From the IMG/VR virus record IMGVR_UViG_3300033120_000804, positions 27,651-91,650 of that record: a DNA stretch of 64,000 nucleotides. One strand, written 5' to 3'. A program made the translations under genes and the position numbers. A model generated the notes under the pieces. The model had not been told where the DNA came from, did no database searches, and saw only the letters and a list, made by a program, of their open reading frames with translations. Positions 52,579 through 63,828 of this stretch are shown piece after piece (position 1 is the stretch's first letter; each line of letters begins with the position of its first letter). The stretch is from a virus (lineage: Duplodnaviria > Caudoviricetes).

Positions 52579-52611
52579 AATAATATCCTATCTTTGTAAA
52601 AAGTAAATGAA

Positions 52612-52983
52612 ATGGAAAAGAAGATTAATTTTAAAAGACCTGTAAGGATTGCATTTAGATCTTATATAGAATTTATGAAGCCTTTTTTAAATGGAGCTAC
52701 AAGCAAAGAACTAGATGTTTTATCAGAACTAATATATCAGAATTTTCTAAAGAAAGATATTCCAGATATTAAAGATAGGTTTACAATTATTCTAAATTCT
52801 TCCAATAGAAGAACAATAGAAGAACAACTAAGTATGTCCTCAGCTTCATTTAGAAATGCTCTATTTTCTCTAAAAGAAAAAAAATTGTTAAATGATAGGT
52901 ATGAAGTAAGAAATTCTTTATTAATATATCCTACTAAAAGTTTAAATATTGAATTAAATATAGAAATAGAAGATGAGAAATAA
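52612..52983 (+). CDS. wHTH-like DNA-binding protein
   Basis: IEEQLSMSSASFRNALFSLKEKKLL. Confidence 0.5.
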   Translation: MEKKINFKRPVRIAFRSYIEFMKPFLNGATSKELDVLSELIYQNFLKKDIPDIKDRFTIILNSSNRRTIEEQLSMSSASFRNALFSLKEKKLLNDRYEVRNSLLIYPTKSLNIELNIEIEDEK

Positions 52984-53131
52984 AGTAGAAGATATACTAG
53001 AAGACTATTTAGGAGATCAATTTGACCCTAAAGAATTAGAAAAAGAATTAAAACTAGCTAAAAAAGCTGCTTTAGAAGATATGAAATCTAATAAAACAAC
53101 TAAGAAGACTAAAGATGCAAAAAAAGATTGA
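52973..53131 (+). CDS. Small basic protein (52 aa), not in the ORF track
   Basis: MRNKVEDILEDYLGDQFDPKELEKELKLAKK… fills the gap and overlaps both neighbours. Confidence 0.5.
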   Translation: MRNKVEDILEDYLGDQFDPKELEKELKLAKKAALEDMKSNKTTKKTKDAKKD

Positions 53132-53363
53132 ACAAAAACTTAAAGATATTTCATTAAGAAAAGGAATACCATTTGAAGTAGTTAAATCTATATTTGAATC
53201 ACAATTCTTATTGGCCAGAAAAGTAACCAAAGAATGTAAGCCTGATAATTTAAATACATTTAAAAATATTAGATTTAAATATTTAGGTTTATTAGTAGCT
53301 AGAAAACCTCAAATTATAAAAATACAAGAGAATATTCAAAGAATTTCTTTAAAAAAAGAATAA
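53115..53363 (+). CDS. IHF/HU-like DNA-binding protein
   Basis: IS…GIP.EVV..IFESQF…NIRFKYLGLL, the IHF-like pattern conserved near terL in crAss-like phages. Confidence 0.65.
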   Translation: MQKKIEQKLKDISLRKGIPFEVVKSIFESQFLLARKVTKECKPDNLNTFKNIRFKYLGLLVARKPQIIKIQENIQRISLKKE

Positions 53364-53412
53364 TTTAAATAAAAATTGTATATTTGCAGTATAAATAATT
53401 AAAATTGAGAAG

Positions 53413-53742
53413 ATGAATTTAGAAAAAAACAATTTTGTTGCAGACTTTCCAAGTCCAATGGGTGTGTTAGTAGTAATTAAAAATCCTATATTGGCTAAAA
53501 AAGAAGAAACACAAAAGGTTTTAAAAACATTACCAGATGCAGAAAAGGAAAAATATCTAATGGAGAATATGCTTCCTGAATTTGATTCTGTAGAAGTGTT
53601 AGCTAAAGGTCCAAATTGTGTTGCAGTAGAAGTAGGTAAAAAATATGCAGTAAAAGTAGATAGTGTTATGCGTGATAAACTTACTCTCTCTGATATGAAA
53701 TATTTGTATGTTAGAGAATCAGAATTTTTTGCAGTATGGTAA
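53413..53742 (+). CDS. GroES-like co-chaperonin
   Basis: VEVLAKGP..VAVEVG…YLYVRESE..AVW; adjacent to GroEL. Confidence 0.7.
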   Translation: MNLEKNNFVADFPSPMGVLVVIKNPILAKKEETQKVLKTLPDAEKEKYLMENMLPEFDSVEVLAKGPNCVAVEVGKKYAVKVDSVMRDKLTLSDMKYLYVRESEFFAVW

Positions 53743-55268
53743 GAGAAACTTGTAATATTATATTTGGAGAAGAAGTTAAACAGAGACTAATTCAAGGTAG
53801 TGAGAAGACAGCAAAAGCTGTCTCTACTACTTTTGGACCATTTGGTAAAAATGTAGCTTTAACTAAGATATATAATCTCCCCCATGTGACCCAAGATGGT
53901 GTTACTGTAATTAAAGAAATTAGTTTAAAAGATCCTGCGGAAAATGTAGCTTGCCAGGCTTTAAAAGAAGCATCTAAAAAAACTGCATTAGTAGCAGGAG
54001 ATGGAACCTCATCCACAGCTATACTTGCAAATGCATTAATTAAATATTGTTTTGATTATCTTAAAGATAAACCTACTAAAACTAATTATTTAAAACAACA
54101 ACTTTTTATTATTTCTAAGGAACTTGAAAAACAAGTACTTAAACAATCTAAAGAAGTAAATACAGAAAAATTAATTAGAAGCATTGCTAGTGTATCATCT
54201 AAAGGAGATCAAGAAATTGTAGATTTAGTTACTTCTGCATTCCTTACAATAGGTAAAGAAGGTATTGTCAATGTACAAAGTTCTAATAGTTATGACACCT
54301 TTATAGATACTACAGAAGGTGTAAGATTAGATAGAACTCATATTTCTCCTTTGCTAGAAGATAGAGATGGTAAAACTAAAGTTATACATAAAAATGCTAG
54401 AACATTAGTATGTGATCTTGATTTTACTACAGTCAACCATGCATTTAAATTATTTGCATTACAAGAAGAACTTGGAGTACCATTGTTAGTAATTTGCAAT
54501 GATCTTACAGGCAGCGCTTTAAGCACCTTAGCTTTTAATAAAGCTCAAAAAAATATACCTATTGAAGTAATTAGAGCACCTTTTATTGCAGATGCGAGAA
54601 GAGAAGCAATTAAAGACCTTGCCATTATTACTGGAGCAGTACCTCTAATGAAAGATAAAGGATATGATATTCTTAGTATCGATACAGATAAATTAGGATT
54701 TACAGATTCAGTAGAAATTAGTTTAAGAGAAACTAATATTATTGGAAGAAAAGGTGATATAGAAGAAATTGAAAATAGAATTCAATATTATAAAGATAAA
54801 ATTAAATCTGACACTACCGGACTAAAAGAAAACTACATTAAAAGAATGGCATACTTTACTTCAGGAGCTAGTGTAATTTATGCAGGAGGTGCAAATGATA
54901 TTGAAGTACAAGATAAAAAAGATAGAATAGATGATACAGTTAGAGCTGTTAAAGCAGCTTTAGATCAAGGATATGTAATAGGGGGAGTACAAGCTTATTT
55001 AAATGCCTACAATAAGCTTAAAATAGATCCTGAATTAGATTCTATTATCTTTAATTCTATAGTAGATCTTAAAAAAGTTATTTTTGATAATGGAGAACTA
55101 GATTTTAATGATCATGAAGTCTTAGAATCATTTAATAAATCTATTAAAAAGAATCATATTATTGATCCTACACTAGTAGTAACTTCTACAATTAAGAATG
55201 CAATTGGAGCTGCTATTATGATATTTAGTACAGATTGTATAGTAATTAAAAATGAAGAACATGGGTAA
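53736..55268 (+). CDS. groEL: GroEL-like chaperonin
   Basis: TFGPFGKNV, TQDGVTV, AGDGTSS, KDRIDD, IIDP. Confidence 0.9.
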   Translation: MVRETCNIIFGEEVKQRLIQGSEKTAKAVSTTFGPFGKNVALTKIYNLPHVTQDGVTVIKEISLKDPAENVACQALKEASKKTALVAGDGTSSTAILANALIKYCFDYLKDKPTKTNYLKQQLFIISKELEKQVLKQSKEVNTEKLIRSIASVSSKGDQEIVDLVTSAFLTIGKEGIVNVQSSNSYDTFIDTTEGVRLDRTHISPLLEDRDGKTKVIHKNARTLVCDLDFTTVNHAFKLFALQEELGVPLLVICNDLTGSALSTLAFNKAQKNIPIEVIRAPFIADARREAIKDLAIITGAVPLMKDKGYDILSIDTDKLGFTDSVEISLRETNIIGRKGDIEEIENRIQYYKDKIKSDTTGLKENYIKRMAYFTSGASVIYAGGANDIEVQDKKDRIDDTVRAVKAALDQGYVIGGVQAYLNAYNKLKIDPELDSIIFNSIVDLKKVIFDNGELDFNDHEVLESFNKSIKKNHIIDPTLVVTSTIKNAIGAAIMIFSTDCIVIKNEEHG

Positions 55269-55516
55269 AGCAATTTGGGGAATTCCTGTTTACAGCACTA
55301 TAAACTCTATTTTTGAACCATTAAATTATAATAAAGAAAATAGAGATACTAAAAATATATTATTAAAAATACAAGAATTAGTTAATAGTAAACCAGTTGA
55401 AACAATGGTATATGTACCCAAAGCGTTCTCTTCATTTGAATATGGTGAATTTACAGTAGCTTGCTTACCTGAAAATTTAATAGCTCAATTAGAATACAAT
55501 TCTAAAATAATTTTTT

Positions 55517-56104
55517 ATGACTACGATCAGCCCTAACTGGAATACAGATTTAAACTACTGGGAACTACATCCAGGAATGAAGAACTTTCCTAGCTTTAAA
55601 ATTCTATATGATAAAGATAAATCTAAGAGTAAAATAGAATCTTCTAAAGTAATGTGGGCAATAGCATTAATGGTAGATCCTCATGAAAAGAATCCTTGGA
55701 AAAATGTTAATCCATTAGATAAAAAAATGTTAATATCTATTGATTATTTACAAAATGAAAAATTCAATTGGGATACAGAAGAGATTGTCAACTTAATTGA
55801 AGAATATAAAGATAAATGTTTAACAGTTGCTGAAAAAGCATTAATAGAACTTCAAGCTAAATTAGCAGAAAGAGCTAAATTTATTAAGGAAACTAATTAT
55901 ACTCTTGATTGGTATGAGGAAACTGAAAAAGGAGGAGTTAAATTAATGAGAGGTACAGCTCCTCAGTTAGATAAAATGATGACAGAAACTAAAAAGATTT
56001 ATGATCATCTAGATTTAATTAAAAAACAAATAGAAACAGAAAATATTAGTGGATCTATAAAAGGAGGAGCCATTGAATCTGCTTCAGAAAAAGGAGAACT
56101 ATAA
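55517..56104 (+). CDS. Conserved crAss-like protein upstream of TerL (possible terminase small subunit)
   Basis: LYDKDKSK.K motif, C-terminal ..KGG; position before terL. Confidence 0.5.
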   Translation: MTTISPNWNTDLNYWELHPGMKNFPSFKILYDKDKSKSKIESSKVMWAIALMVDPHEKNPWKNVNPLDKKMLISIDYLQNEKFNWDTEEIVNLIEEYKDKCLTVAEKALIELQAKLAERAKFIKETNYTLDWYEETEKGGVKLMRGTAPQLDKMMTETKKIYDHLDLIKKQIETENISGSIKGGAIESASEKGEL

Positions 56105-56348
56105 TATGGAGAAAATTAAATTAAATTGTTATTTCAGTACTGAAGATTCAGATAGTGCTAAAAAACTAGGATTAGGTATAACAGCAGATAAGTTTGATAT
56201 TAAAGAAATTACTGTATTTAAATCTAAAATTGATTTTTATTATGAAGATGATTTCTATGGTAATGTATGTACTATGGTAATGATAGGAGGTGGAGAACTT
56301 TGTGTATTAGGTACAGAAAAAGAATTTGAAAATTTAATTAAATAAGAT

Positions 56349-58637
56349 ATGTCTTTTATTAGAATAAACAACAGAAATAATTTTTTAATAAGTGAAGTAC
56401 CTTCTATTCACCCAAAGTCTGTTGAATATCTAAAATATTGGAAAAGACATAAAAAAAGAGTTATAGAAGGATTTTGGAGTATTGATGATATAGATACCAA
56501 GATTAATGTAGATGAAGATTTTCCAGAAGGTACAACCTCAGATAAGTGGCGTTTTATGCCAAGTAACTTATACTTCTATGTTAATTTTGGTATTATATTA
56601 CACAAACCAGATGATGCTCCTAAATCAGCCCCAAAAGAAAAAATTAGACCTTCTTTAAGAGATATAGAGTGGGAATTTTTTTATAACTGGACAGAAGCCA
56701 AAGGTTTCTCAGGATTTAAAGATGATGATAATTATACTTGTAATAGGGACATGTTAATGTTATTCAAAGATCCTTATTATAAAGTAGACTCAACTTGTTA
56801 TAAAAAAGATGGTACAACATTAAAAGATTATATTCCTGCTAGAACTTATTTACGTAAACTACATTCTGCTAATTTAGGAATTCCTTTATGGCAAAATATG
56901 GCTCAAGATTTATTTCTATGTGGACCTCGTGGTACAGGTAAATCTTTTCTTACTGGAGTAGGTGTAGTTCAACATGAAATAATAACAGATGGGGCTAAAG
57001 AGTATACTGAACGTACTATTAAACATCCAGCTAAAGTAGAGATATTTGTAGGAGCAGCTATTGCTGCTAAATCATCTGAATTACTTCAAAAAACTCAACA
57101 AGGAATGGATAATCTTCCAGGCGCATGGGGTGAAAATACTGATGAATATACTCCATCTCCTTTGTATAAACAAATGTCAGGAGATATTAAACCTAATAAT
57201 ATGAAAAGTCCTTGGACTCATTCATATGATAAAAAAGTAGGAGGAAAATGGATTAAAGCAGGTAGTAAAAGTAATATTAAACATGGTACATATACTATAG
57301 AAAACCCAGAAGCGGCAGCTGGGGGACGTTATTCTACGTCTGTTGTAGAAGAATGTGGTTTATTACCAAATGCATTAGCAGTACACGGATCTAATACAGC
57401 AACCATGATGGACTTCCCCTGGAAATTTGGAGCAGGTTTATGGATTGGTACAGGTGGTAACGTTGAAAAGATTCAGGAATTTGAAATTATGTTTAGAGAT
57501 CCTAAAGGATTTGAAGCATTAGAATTTGATGATGAGTGGGAAGGTACTGGTAAAATAGGATGGTTTTTCCCAGCTTATTATGCAATGAATGAGTATAAAG
57601 ATGAAAATGGAAATACAGATGTAGAAGCTGCGACAAAAGCTTTGGTAAAAAGAAGAGAAGAAAAAAAGAAATCAAAAGATCCATCTGCATTAGCTTTGGA
57701 GATGATGAACTATCCTATTAAACCTTCTGAAATGTTTATGAATGCTAAGGATAATATATTTCCTCAAGCAGAATTAAAATCTCATTTAGCTGAAGTAGTG
57801 TCTAATCCTCATAGATATGAGAATGCTCATTATCATGTAGAGCTTGTTTGGGATACAGAAGGTAAAATAAAAATGGAGTATCTTAATAGTAATTTACTAG
57901 AAAGAGATTACCCAATTAAAGATAATAAAAATAGAGAAGGAGTTATTTGTTTATTTGAACTTCCTATAAAAGATGTAGAAGGACATACTGTAAAAAATAG
58001 ATATTTACAGGGAACAGATACATATGATGATGATGAATCAATTACAGACTCATTAGGTTCAACTTGGGTATTAGACTCTTTTACAGAAAGAATAGTAGCA
58101 GAATATACAGGAAGAAGAGGTACAGATGAGTTTTATGAAATAACTAGAAAATTAAACGTCTTCTACTCAACAGAACATAATTATGAGCAGAATAAAAAAG
58201 GACTTTATTCATATTATAATAATAAAAATAGTACACATTTATTATGTGACACTCCAGAATCTTTACGAGATGTTGCGGATATTACTATAAGTAAAGTTGG
58301 TAATAAAAGAAAAGGTACTACAATGGTAACTCCAGTAAGAGTATATGGATTAAGATTACTTGCTAAATGGTTAATTGAACCTGCTTATGGAGAAGATTCT
58401 GATTCTAATATTCTAAATTTACATAAAATAGAAAGTATAGGATTACTTAAGGAATTAATAAATTTTAACTATAAAAGAAATGCAGATAGAATATCAGCCA
58501 TGATAATATTAATGATTCTCAGAGAAGATAAATTAAAATATATAGAAACAAGAAAAAACAAAACTATTAAAAGTTTAGGAGAAGATGACTTTTTTAATAG
58601 AAATTATAATATTCACACTAAACAATATAGCATATGA
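56349..58637 (+). CDS. terL: Terminase large subunit
   Basis: GPRGTGKS, VEECG, GTGG, nuclease GTDTYDDD…SLGS, NADRISA. Confidence 0.93.
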   Translation: MSFIRINNRNNFLISEVPSIHPKSVEYLKYWKRHKKRVIEGFWSIDDIDTKINVDEDFPEGTTSDKWRFMPSNLYFYVNFGIILHKPDDAPKSAPKEKIRPSLRDIEWEFFYNWTEAKGFSGFKDDDNYTCNRDMLMLFKDPYYKVDSTCYKKDGTTLKDYIPARTYLRKLHSANLGIPLWQNMAQDLFLCGPRGTGKSFLTGVGVVQHEIITDGAKEYTERTIKHPAKVEIFVGAAIAAKSSELLQKTQQGMDNLPGAWGENTDEYTPSPLYKQMSGDIKPNNMKSPWTHSYDKKVGGKWIKAGSKSNIKHGTYTIENPEAAAGGRYSTSVVEECGLLPNALAVHGSNTATMMDFPWKFGAGLWIGTGGNVEKIQEFEIMFRDPKGFEALEFDDEWEGTGKIGWFFPAYYAMNEYKDENGNTDVEAATKALVKRREEKKKSKDPSALALEMMNYPIKPSEMFMNAKDNIFPQAELKSHLAEVVSNPHRYENAHYHVELVWDTEGKIKMEYLNSNLLERDYPIKDNKNREGVICLFELPIKDVEGHTVKNRYLQGTDTYDDDESITDSLGSTWVLDSFTERIVAEYTGRRGTDEFYEITRKLNVFYSTEHNYEQNKKGLYSYYNNKNSTHLLCDTPESLRDVADITISKVGNKRKGTTMVTPVRVYGLRLLAKWLIEPAYGEDSDSNILNLHKIESIGLLKELINFNYKRNADRISAMIILMILREDKLKYIETRKNKTIKSLGEDDFFNRNYNIHTKQYSI

Positions 58638-61045
58638 TGAATATGAGTAACATTTCTTTTCCTTATCAAAAGAAATCTTATAAAGAAAAAAATGATGATT
58701 GGAGAAAAAAATGTATAAATGCAGGTGAAAGTGCATGTTTATGGTCTTCAGGAGGTTTAAGAAAATCTTATTATAACAAAAGAATTAATTATAATTTATA
58801 TTCTGATATCTTAGATCAGGCAGATGTAGAAAGAATTATTAATCCTATGGGTATTTTAGGATTAAAATCTCCAGCTAAAATGCAAAATTACCCTATTGTA
58901 AACCCTAAAATAGATTTACTTGTAGGGGAATCTATAACTAGAAGATTTGATTATAAATTAAGAGTAGTAAATCAAGATGCAATATCTAGAAAAGAAGAAG
59001 ACCTTAGAACATCCTTAAAAGATTTAATTGTTAGTCAATTATCTGATCCAAATGCTGATGAACAACAACAAATGGAGCAATTAAATAATTTTAAAGATTA
59101 TTTAGATCATGATTATCAGGACATAAAAGAAAAAGTAGGTACTCAAATATTAAACTATCTTACTAAACATCTTAATGTAGATTATCTATTTTCTTTAGGT
59201 ATGAAAGATGTATTTATTTCTGCTGAAGAACATTATATTTGTGATATTGTAGCTGGAGAACCAGTAGTTAGTAGACTAAATCCTATGAATATTCATACAG
59301 TTAGGTCTGGTGAATCTCCTTGGGTACATGATTCTGATATTATTACTATTGAAGATTACATTTCATTAGGGATGGCTATTGATGAGTATCATGAAGATTT
59401 AACTCCAGGACAAATAGATTCATTAGAATCAGGTAGATTTGCTAATTCTTCTGGGGCTAAAAAAGGAATTGATATTGGAAGGTTTAATGATTTACCACTT
59501 GATCCTACTAAAGGAATTGATATTGGCAGATTATCTAATAATGGGTATGCTGATAAATTTGACCATGATGGTAATATTAGACGAGTAAGAGTTTATTGGA
59601 AATCAATGCGTAAACTTAAAAAAGTTAAATATTATGATGCTGAAGGAGATGAACAATTTGAATTATATGATGAAAATTATAAAATAGATAAATCTAAAGG
59701 AGAAACGGAAGAAATACTTTGGGTAAATGAATGGTGGGAAGGTCATAAATTAGGAGGGTCTAAAGATGTTAATCTAGATGAAACTGCTATTTATTTGAGA
59801 ATGAGGCCTAAGCCAGTACAGTTTAGATCTATGGAAAATCCATCTAAATGTCATCCTGGAATTGTAGGCAAGATTTATAATACAAATGATAATGAAGCTA
59901 TGTCTATTATGGATAGAGCCAAACCATTACAATATCTTTATAATATTCTTGCTTATAGATCAGAGTTAGCAATTGCTAAAAATCATGGTAAAATCATGCG
60001 TCTAGGTTTACATGAAGTACCAGAAGGTTGGGAAATTGATAAATGGTTATCTTTTGCTCAAGGTATGAACATCGCTGTATATGATGCTTTCAAAGAAGGA
60101 AATAAGGGAACTGCACAAGGTAAATTAGCTGGAGCAATGAATCAAAACTCCCCTGTTATTGATATGGAAATGGGTAATACTATTCAATTGTATATGAATA
60201 TGATGGCCTTTATCAAACAAGAATTAGGAGATATTGTTGGAGTATCTCAAGCAAGGCAAGGACAAATTCATCAAAGACAAGCAGTAGGCAATGTAGAAAC
60301 TGAATTAAATCAATCTTCTATGATTACTGAGTATTGGTTTCAAGAACATGAATTAGTTAAAGTAAAAGTATTAGAATGTTTATTAGAAACAGCTAAATAT
60401 GCCTGGAAAGATAAAGCTAATAAAAAAATACAATATGTTTTAGACGATGGTTCTACTATGTTACTAAACATAGATGGGGAACAATTTAATGAATCAGAAT
60501 ACGGACTTCAAATAAGTAACTCTGCTAATAATCAAAAATTACTTAACAGCATGATGCAATTAGCTCAAGCAGCTATTCAAAATGATAAAATGAATTTTTC
60601 TCAATTATTAGATATTTATTCTACTGAATCATTATCATCTATTAGAAGAAAAATAGAAAGAGCAGAAAGAGATAAATTCAAAAGAGATCAGCAAGCTCAA
60701 GAACAACAAATAAAAATGCAACAAGAACAACAGGCGTTCTTAAAACAAGCAGCTGCTGATGATAAAGCATTTAAAAGAGAAGAGTGGGATCGTGAAGATA
60801 CTAGAGAAGAAAAAAAACTAGAAAATGATTTAGAAAAAGAAAGAATGCGTCAAGATAATGTAGATTCAAGGTATTCTAATATAACAGATACAGGAGCTAA
60901 TATAAATATTGAACTTCAAAAATTAAAAAACCAAGCTCTTGAAATTCAAAAAGCTTATGAACAAAAAGCTAAAGAATTAAAAGAAACAGAAAGACACAAT
61001 AAAGAAACAGAAAAAATTGCAAAAACAAAACCCAAAACAAAATAA
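58634..61045 (+). CDS. Portal protein
   Basis: P.QK…K…W, NYPIVNPKIDLLVGE, W.NEWWEG.K.G, GVS..RQGQI; follows terL. Confidence 0.9.
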   Translation: MMNMSNISFPYQKKSYKEKNDDWRKKCINAGESACLWSSGGLRKSYYNKRINYNLYSDILDQADVERIINPMGILGLKSPAKMQNYPIVNPKIDLLVGESITRRFDYKLRVVNQDAISRKEEDLRTSLKDLIVSQLSDPNADEQQQMEQLNNFKDYLDHDYQDIKEKVGTQILNYLTKHLNVDYLFSLGMKDVFISAEEHYICDIVAGEPVVSRLNPMNIHTVRSGESPWVHDSDIITIEDYISLGMAIDEYHEDLTPGQIDSLESGRFANSSGAKKGIDIGRFNDLPLDPTKGIDIGRLSNNGYADKFDHDGNIRRVRVYWKSMRKLKKVKYYDAEGDEQFELYDENYKIDKSKGETEEILWVNEWWEGHKLGGSKDVNLDETAIYLRMRPKPVQFRSMENPSKCHPGIVGKIYNTNDNEAMSIMDRAKPLQYLYNILAYRSELAIAKNHGKIMRLGLHEVPEGWEIDKWLSFAQGMNIAVYDAFKEGNKGTAQGKLAGAMNQNSPVIDMEMGNTIQLYMNMMAFIKQELGDIVGVSQARQGQIHQRQAVGNVETELNQSSMITEYWFQEHELVKVKVLECLLETAKYAWKDKANKKIQYVLDDGSTMLLNIDGEQFNESEYGLQISNSANNQKLLNSMMQLAQAAIQNDKMNFSQLLDIYSTESLSSIRRKIERAERDKFKRDQQAQEQQIKMQQEQQAFLKQAAADDKAFKREEWDREDTREEKKLENDLEKERMRQDNVDSRYSNITDTGANINIELQKLKNQALEIQKAYEQKAKELKETERHNKETEKIAKTKPKTK

Positions 61046-61140
61046 TTTTAGCTATATAAAATCTAAATATATTTACGCAACGTAATAAAATTTAGTATTA
61101 TATTAAAAATCTTATTATATTTTTGTAAAAAGTAAATAAA

Positions 61141-62253
61141 ATGGAAGGAATTAACATTGAGGAATTAGAAAATTCAGAATCAGCAATTATAGAGACAGCT
61201 CTAAGTACAGATCCTGAAGATAAAGTAGAACCTGCTAAAACTCAAGAAGATAAAGCAGATAATACAAATAACAAAGAAATTGGAGGATTAGAACTTGATG
61301 CTCTGGCAGCTTTAGATGACATTATTATTGAAGACAAAGATAACCCAAAAACTCCAGGCAAGACAGAGCACAATTCATCTTCTCAAGAATCGTTTACTTT
61401 TTTAGCCTCAGCTTTAGTTGAGTCTGGAGTTTTATCTTTAACTGAAGAAGAATTAAAAGAAGTAAATGACGGAGATAAATTAATTGATGCTATTGGCAAA
61501 CAAATTGCAAAAAATGAATTATCTGATCTAACTGAAGAACAAAAAAAATATGTTGATGCTATTAGAGCAGGCGTAACACATGAAGAATATTCTAAAAGAC
61601 AATCTAATTTAGAAACATATAATAAAATTACAGAAGGACAAATTGAAGAAAATGTCCAACTACAATTTGAACTTATTAGAAGATCATTACTAATCAAAGG
61701 CATTAGTGATGATGAAGCTAAAGAATTTGCAGAAGCCGCTACTCAAAATGACAATGCTAGTAAAGTAGCTATTCAGGCTAAAAATAACCTTGTTGAGTTT
61801 GAAAAAACTACTATTAGTAAAAAAATTGAAGAGGCAGCAGAAGCAAATCAGAAAATCAAAGAAAAGGAGCAAGAAACTTTAAATAGTTTAAAATCCAAAA
61901 TTAATGAGTCTTCTGAAATAATCCCAGGAATTCCTATTAATTCCAAAACAAAAGAAAAAGTATTTAATTCTTTAACTAGTCCAGTAAATGTTTCAGGAGA
62001 TAATATTTTAAATGATGTAATGGAAGCTTATAAAGATCCTGATTACAAAATTAAATTACACACAATGCATGTCATTACAAATGGCTTTAAAGATTTTTCT
62101 AAATTTTTAAACACCAGTAGATCAAAAGCAGCTTTGGAATTAGAAGAAAAACTAAGAACACAAGGAACAACTGTTTATGGAGCTGGTAAATCAAATAACC
62201 AAGGATCAACTACAGCTAGTATTGCAGATGCATTAAAACAAATGAACTTTTAA
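61141..62253 (+). CDS. Scaffold-like acidic protein between portal and MCP
   Basis: Acidic N-terminus, coiled coil, conserved position. Confidence 0.65.
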   Translation: MEGINIEELENSESAIIETALSTDPEDKVEPAKTQEDKADNTNNKEIGGLELDALAALDDIIIEDKDNPKTPGKTEHNSSSQESFTFLASALVESGVLSLTEEELKEVNDGDKLIDAIGKQIAKNELSDLTEEQKKYVDAIRAGVTHEEYSKRQSNLETYNKITEGQIEENVQLQFELIRRSLLIKGISDDEAKEFAEAATQNDNASKVAIQAKNNLVEFEKTTISKKIEEAAEANQKIKEKEQETLNSLKSKINESSEIIPGIPINSKTKEKVFNSLTSPVNVSGDNILNDVMEAYKDPDYKIKLHTMHVITNGFKDFSKFLNTSRSKAALELEEKLRTQGTTVYGAGKSNNQGSTTASIADALKQMNF

Positions 62254-62273
62254 TAAATATAAATTTAAATTAA

Positions 62274-63770
62274 ATGTCTAATAGATTATCACCATTGCAA
62301 ATGACAGATGCTACAACATGGAAAGGTTTAACTACCGAAAACCATATTGGAGCTATTTGGCAAGCAGCCCCTCAAAAGGTATCTGATATGATTACGCTAA
62401 TACAGCAAAATTATTTTGGAAATAACATTGATAGTGTCTTGGCTCAATTTCCTACATTGGAATTTGACGATGATACTGATTATGTTTGGGAATTGCAATC
62501 ACAAGGACTAGATAATATTGAATTAGTAGAATGCCGTATTGATGGCGTAGCAGTAACTGCTGCTGATCGTCCTGGACGTAATTTTGCTGAATTTGAATTA
62601 GTCTTTCCTAAAAATGTGTTCTCAGACACACAAAAAATTGTCGGAGAACTAAATGAGATTTATCCTATTTTGGTTAGATCAGAAGGAAGACCAGAGGGAC
62701 TTAATACAGTATATACTTGTGTTATGTCAACTGGAGATCCTGAAATGTTTATTCCTTATGAGGAAGTAACAGCAGGCAAACGATTCTCTGGAGAATACTC
62801 CCCAGTAGAACGTACAATGTCTCGTAAAGGACGTGAAGTTGCATATAAGTCTCATATTTCTATGCGTAACTCCTTCTCACAAATCCGTATCCAGAAGAAA
62901 ACTCCTGGTAACATGAAAGACCGTAAATTTGGATCATATTTTATGAGTCCAGATGGTAAAGTTCATAAATTCTGGCAACAGTATGAATCATTTATGTTTG
63001 ATAATGCCTTCCGTGAAGATATTAATAAACTATATATGTTTGGTACATCTAACCGTTCTGCTGATGGTAGATATAGAATTGATGGTAAATCAGGCTATAA
63101 AATTACTGAAGGAGCTGGTATTCGACAACAAATGGAAGCAGCAAACTCTAGTTTCTATAATGTATTTGATATTGAAGAATTGAGTTCAAGATTGTTGGAT
63201 TTATCTGAAGGTAAATTAAATACAGAAGAACGTGGTTTTGTATTGCGCACTGGAGAACGTGGGGCTTATGAGTTCCATAAATCATTGGAAAAATTCTCAC
63301 AATTGTTTACTCCATTGTTGAATCAAGATAGAATGTACAAAGTATCTCAATCAGGTTTCCAAATGGGACTTGGTTATGGAGGACAATTTGTTGAATATCT
63401 TGGACCAAATAACATTAAAGTAAGTCTTTCCGTAGACTCTATGTATGATGACCGTAACCGTAATAAGTTACTTCATCCTTCTGGAGGTGTAGTAGAATCT
63501 TACCGTTATGATATTTTGGATGTAGGATCTTCTCAAGGAGCACCTAATATTCAAAAAGTAGGTGTTAAAGGACAACCTATTATCCACAAATACATTCCAG
63601 GATTGCGTAATCCATTTGATCCAGATGGAGCACTTAGTGCAATTGGAACAGCAGAAGATGCTTGGGAAGAGCATAAAATGTTTATTGGAGGAGCTATTGT
63701 ACGTGACCCTTCTAGAACACTAAGTTATATTAATAATATGCAAGCTGGGTACACTCCTGCATACGCATAA
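62274..63770 (+). CDS. Major capsid protein
   Basis: WKGLTTENHIG, GAGIRQQME, TGERGA.EF, crAss-type MCP; codon bias of a highly expressed gene. Confidence 0.9.
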   Translation: MSNRLSPLQMTDATTWKGLTTENHIGAIWQAAPQKVSDMITLIQQNYFGNNIDSVLAQFPTLEFDDDTDYVWELQSQGLDNIELVECRIDGVAVTAADRPGRNFAEFELVFPKNVFSDTQKIVGELNEIYPILVRSEGRPEGLNTVYTCVMSTGDPEMFIPYEEVTAGKRFSGEYSPVERTMSRKGREVAYKSHISMRNSFSQIRIQKKTPGNMKDRKFGSYFMSPDGKVHKFWQQYESFMFDNAFREDINKLYMFGTSNRSADGRYRIDGKSGYKITEGAGIRQQMEAANSSFYNVFDIEELSSRLLDLSEGKLNTEERGFVLRTGERGAYEFHKSLEKFSQLFTPLLNQDRMYKVSQSGFQMGLGYGGQFVEYLGPNNIKVSLSVDSMYDDRNRNKLLHPSGGVVESYRYDILDVGSSQGAPNIQKVGVKGQPIIHKYIPGLRNPFDPDGALSAIGTAEDAWEEHKMFIGGAIVRDPSRTLSYINNMQAGYTPAYA

Positions 63771-63786
63771 TAAAAAAACAACTAAT

Positions 63787-63815
63787 ACCTCCCTTGAAAT
63801 ATAGGGAGGTTATTT
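63787..63815 (+). terminator. Hairpin terminator after the MCP
   Basis: acctccct-tgaaatat-agggaggt followed by tattt. Confidence 0.7.
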
Positions 63816-63828
63816 AAAAACATTAAAT

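Noticed and set aside
53792-63674. Antisense or alternate-frame ORFs within groEL, terL, scaffold and MCP
   Set aside because: They overlap strongly supported genes and have no independent coding signal.
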